From Bacteroidota bacterium (lineage in GTDB: Bacteria; Bacteroidota; Bacteroidia; Flavobacteriales; Flavobacteriaceae): a stretch of 64,000 nucleotides of DNA. The position numbers and the translations under genes were made by a program. The DNA is taken from NCBI GenBank assembly GCA_022562895.1, contig JADFOK010000011.1, forward strand, positions 10,851 through 74,850. Direction: 5' to 3'. Below are positions 62,234-64,000 of this stretch, one piece after another; position 1 is the stretch's first letter; each line of letters begins with the position of its first letter. Below the pieces are notes generated by a model that was given only the letters and a program-made list of their open reading frames with translations, searched no databases and was not told where the DNA came from.

Positions 62234-64000
62234 TTATTTCTTTTGTGAGGGTTTCTTTTTAGACACCTTCTTCTCTAGCAATTCAATAGCTTGTTCTAAG
62301 GTTATTTTTTCAGCTTTGGTGGTTTTTGGTAGTTCTACCTTAATTTTTCCTTTAAGTAGGTTAAAACGCCCCCAACGTGCCTTCTCTAGCCGAATTCCTT
62401 CTTCAGGCCATTCATTTACCAACTTATCGATTTCTTTTTGCTTCTTGGTTTCAATAAGTTCTATGATATCTTCATCAGATAAATTATCGAAATCGTACTT
62501 TTTGTTTACGTTAATAAACATATTGTTCCATTTAATAAAAGGTCCAAACCTTCCCTTCCCTTTTTGAACCGGCATTCCTTCGTAGGTATATATAGGCTCA
62601 TCGGTTTTTTTCCTTTCTTCTATAAGAAGCTTTGCAGTCTCCATATCAACATCTAACGGGTTCATCCCTTTGGGTAATGAAATAAATTTTTTATCAAATA
62701 GAACATAAGGACCAAAACGACCATTATTTACCTCTACTTCTATTCCATCATATACCCCCAACTTTTTTGGTAACTTAAACAAATCCATTACTTCATCCAT
62801 AGTAATTTGATGTAACTGCTGTTCTGGCAGAAGACTTGCAAATTTCTTAACCTCATCATCTGGTCCACCAATTTGTGCCATAGGACCAAACTTTCCTAAT
62901 CTCACCAAAACTATTTTTCCGGTTTGGGGATCTTTACCTAAAATACGTTCTCCACTTTCGCGAACTGCGTTCTGTGTTACATTCTCTACTTGTGGATGAA
63001 ACTTCTTGTAAAAATCTTTCATCATTTGTATCCATTCCTTTTTGCCTTCGGCTATATCGTCAAAATCCTGTTCAACTTTAGCGGTAAAGTTGTAATCTAA
63101 AATATTTTCAAAATGTTCGACGAGAAAATCATTTACAATCAAACCTATATCAGTTGGAACAAGTTTTCCTTTGTCTGACCCCACAACTTCAGTACATATT
63201 TTCTCCTGAATATTATCTTCGAGGGTTAACTGAAGATATTTTCGTTCTACTCCTTCTACCGTTCCTTTATCTATGTAATTTCGACTGATTATAGTGGAAA
63301 TTGTAGGTGCGTATGTCGATGGACGCCCTATACCTAATTCTTCCATTTGTTTTACCAATGAAGCTTCTGTAAAACGATAAGGAGGACGTGTGTAACGCTG
63401 GGTAGCTGTAATATAATTTTTTATTAATTCTTCACCAACACTAAGTTTTGGAAGTATTCCGTCTTGTTCTTCTTCTTCATTATCGATGCCTTCAAGATAA
63501 ACCTTCAAAAATCCGGAGAACTTTATCATTTCTCCATAAGCCACAAAAAATTCTGAAATTCTTTCCGAATCATTTATTTCAATCATTACATTAGTACGTT
63601 CCAGTTGTGCATCACTCATTTGTGAAGCTATCGCTCGTTTCCAAATTAAACTGTATAGGCGTTTCTGATCATGATCTCCATCAATAGAATTGAGCGATAT
63701 TTTTGTAGGTCGAATGGCTTCGTGAGCCTCTTGGGCGCCTTTGACCTTTCCTTTATAATTTTTTGGATTGCTATATTCTTTTCCAAATGAATTCTCAATC
63801 TCATCCCGGATAGCATTTTTTGCTTCATCAGAAAGGTTAACACTATCGGTACGCATATAAGATATATGTCCTGCTTCATACAAGCGTTGAGCAATGGTCA
63901 TAGTTTTACCGACTGAAAAATATAATTTTCTGGAAGCTTCTTGTTGTAAAGTTGAAGTTGTAAATGGAGGTGCCGGAGATTTTTGTGCTGGCTTTTTAAT
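62234..64000 (-). CDS. topA: DNA topoisomerase I (partial, starts beyond window end)
   Basis: FTTSTLQQEA upstream of the listed ORF, ISYMRTDS active-site Tyr, QEAHEAIRPT, GIGRPSTY, C-terminal repeats GRFGP. Confidence 0.97.
   Translation of the reverse strand: MKKPAQKSPAPPFTTSTLQQEASRKLYFSVGKTMTIAQRLYEAGHISYMRTDSVNLSDEAKNAIRDEIENSFGKEYSNPKNYKGKVKGAQEAHEAIRPTKISLNSIDGDHDQKRLYSLIWKRAIASQMSDAQLERTNVMIEINDSERISEFFVAYGEMIKFSGFLKVYLEGIDNEEEEQDGILPKLSVGEELIKNYITATQRYTRPPYRFTEASLVKQMEELGIGRPSTYAPTISTIISRNYIDKGTVEGVERKYLQLTLEDNIQEKICTEVVGSDKGKLVPTDIGLIVNDFLVEHFENILDYNFTAKVEQDFDDIAEGKKEWIQMMKDFYKKFHPQVENVTQNAVRESGERILGKDPQTGKIVLVRLGKFGPMAQIGGPDDEVKKFASLLPEQQLHQITMDEVMDLFKLPKKLGVYDGIEVEVNNGRFGPYVLFDKKFISLPKGMNPLDVDMETAKLLIEERKKTDEPIYTYEGMPVQKGKGRFGPFIKWNNMFINVNKKYDFDNLSDEDIIELIETKKQKEIDKLVNEWPEEGIRLEKARWGRFNLLKGKIKVELPKTTKAEKITLEQAIELLEKKVSKKKPSQKK

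Overview
AT-rich chromosomal window from a Flavobacteriaceae-like Bacteroidota genome (inferred from gldA/B/C/K/L/M/N, T9SS C-terminal sorting domains and TAnnTTTG promoters). Most of it is core genome: start of the dcw cluster (mraZ-rsmH-ftsL-ftsI-murE-mraY), engB, nadE, dnaG, ispB-like, rlmN, queA, aroA, dtd, rsgA, DAHP synthase-chorismate mutase, the ilvDBNCA operon, metK, alaS, der, era, gldKLMN and part of topA. Three accessory patches stand out. (1) 13.7-17.3 kb: an alkaline-phosphatase-fold/TPR/sulfotransferase fusion divergently paired with a small T9SS cargo protein. (2) 40.1-43.2 kb: three exported repeat-protein genes, two broken by single-base lesions. (3) 50.7-53.0 kb: an integrase-less island at the 3' end of tRNA-fMet with two 59-bp tRNA-fragment+hairpin repeats, an attC-like hairpin in front of an ORF I cannot assign, a gene remnant and a 4x28-bp tandem array inside a 14-bp inverted repeat. 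The ilvD-metK divergent spacer holds a candidate Ile/Val-rich attenuator peptide and a candidate SAM-II-like pseudoknot. All calls come from motif reading by eye; no database search or folding computation was run.
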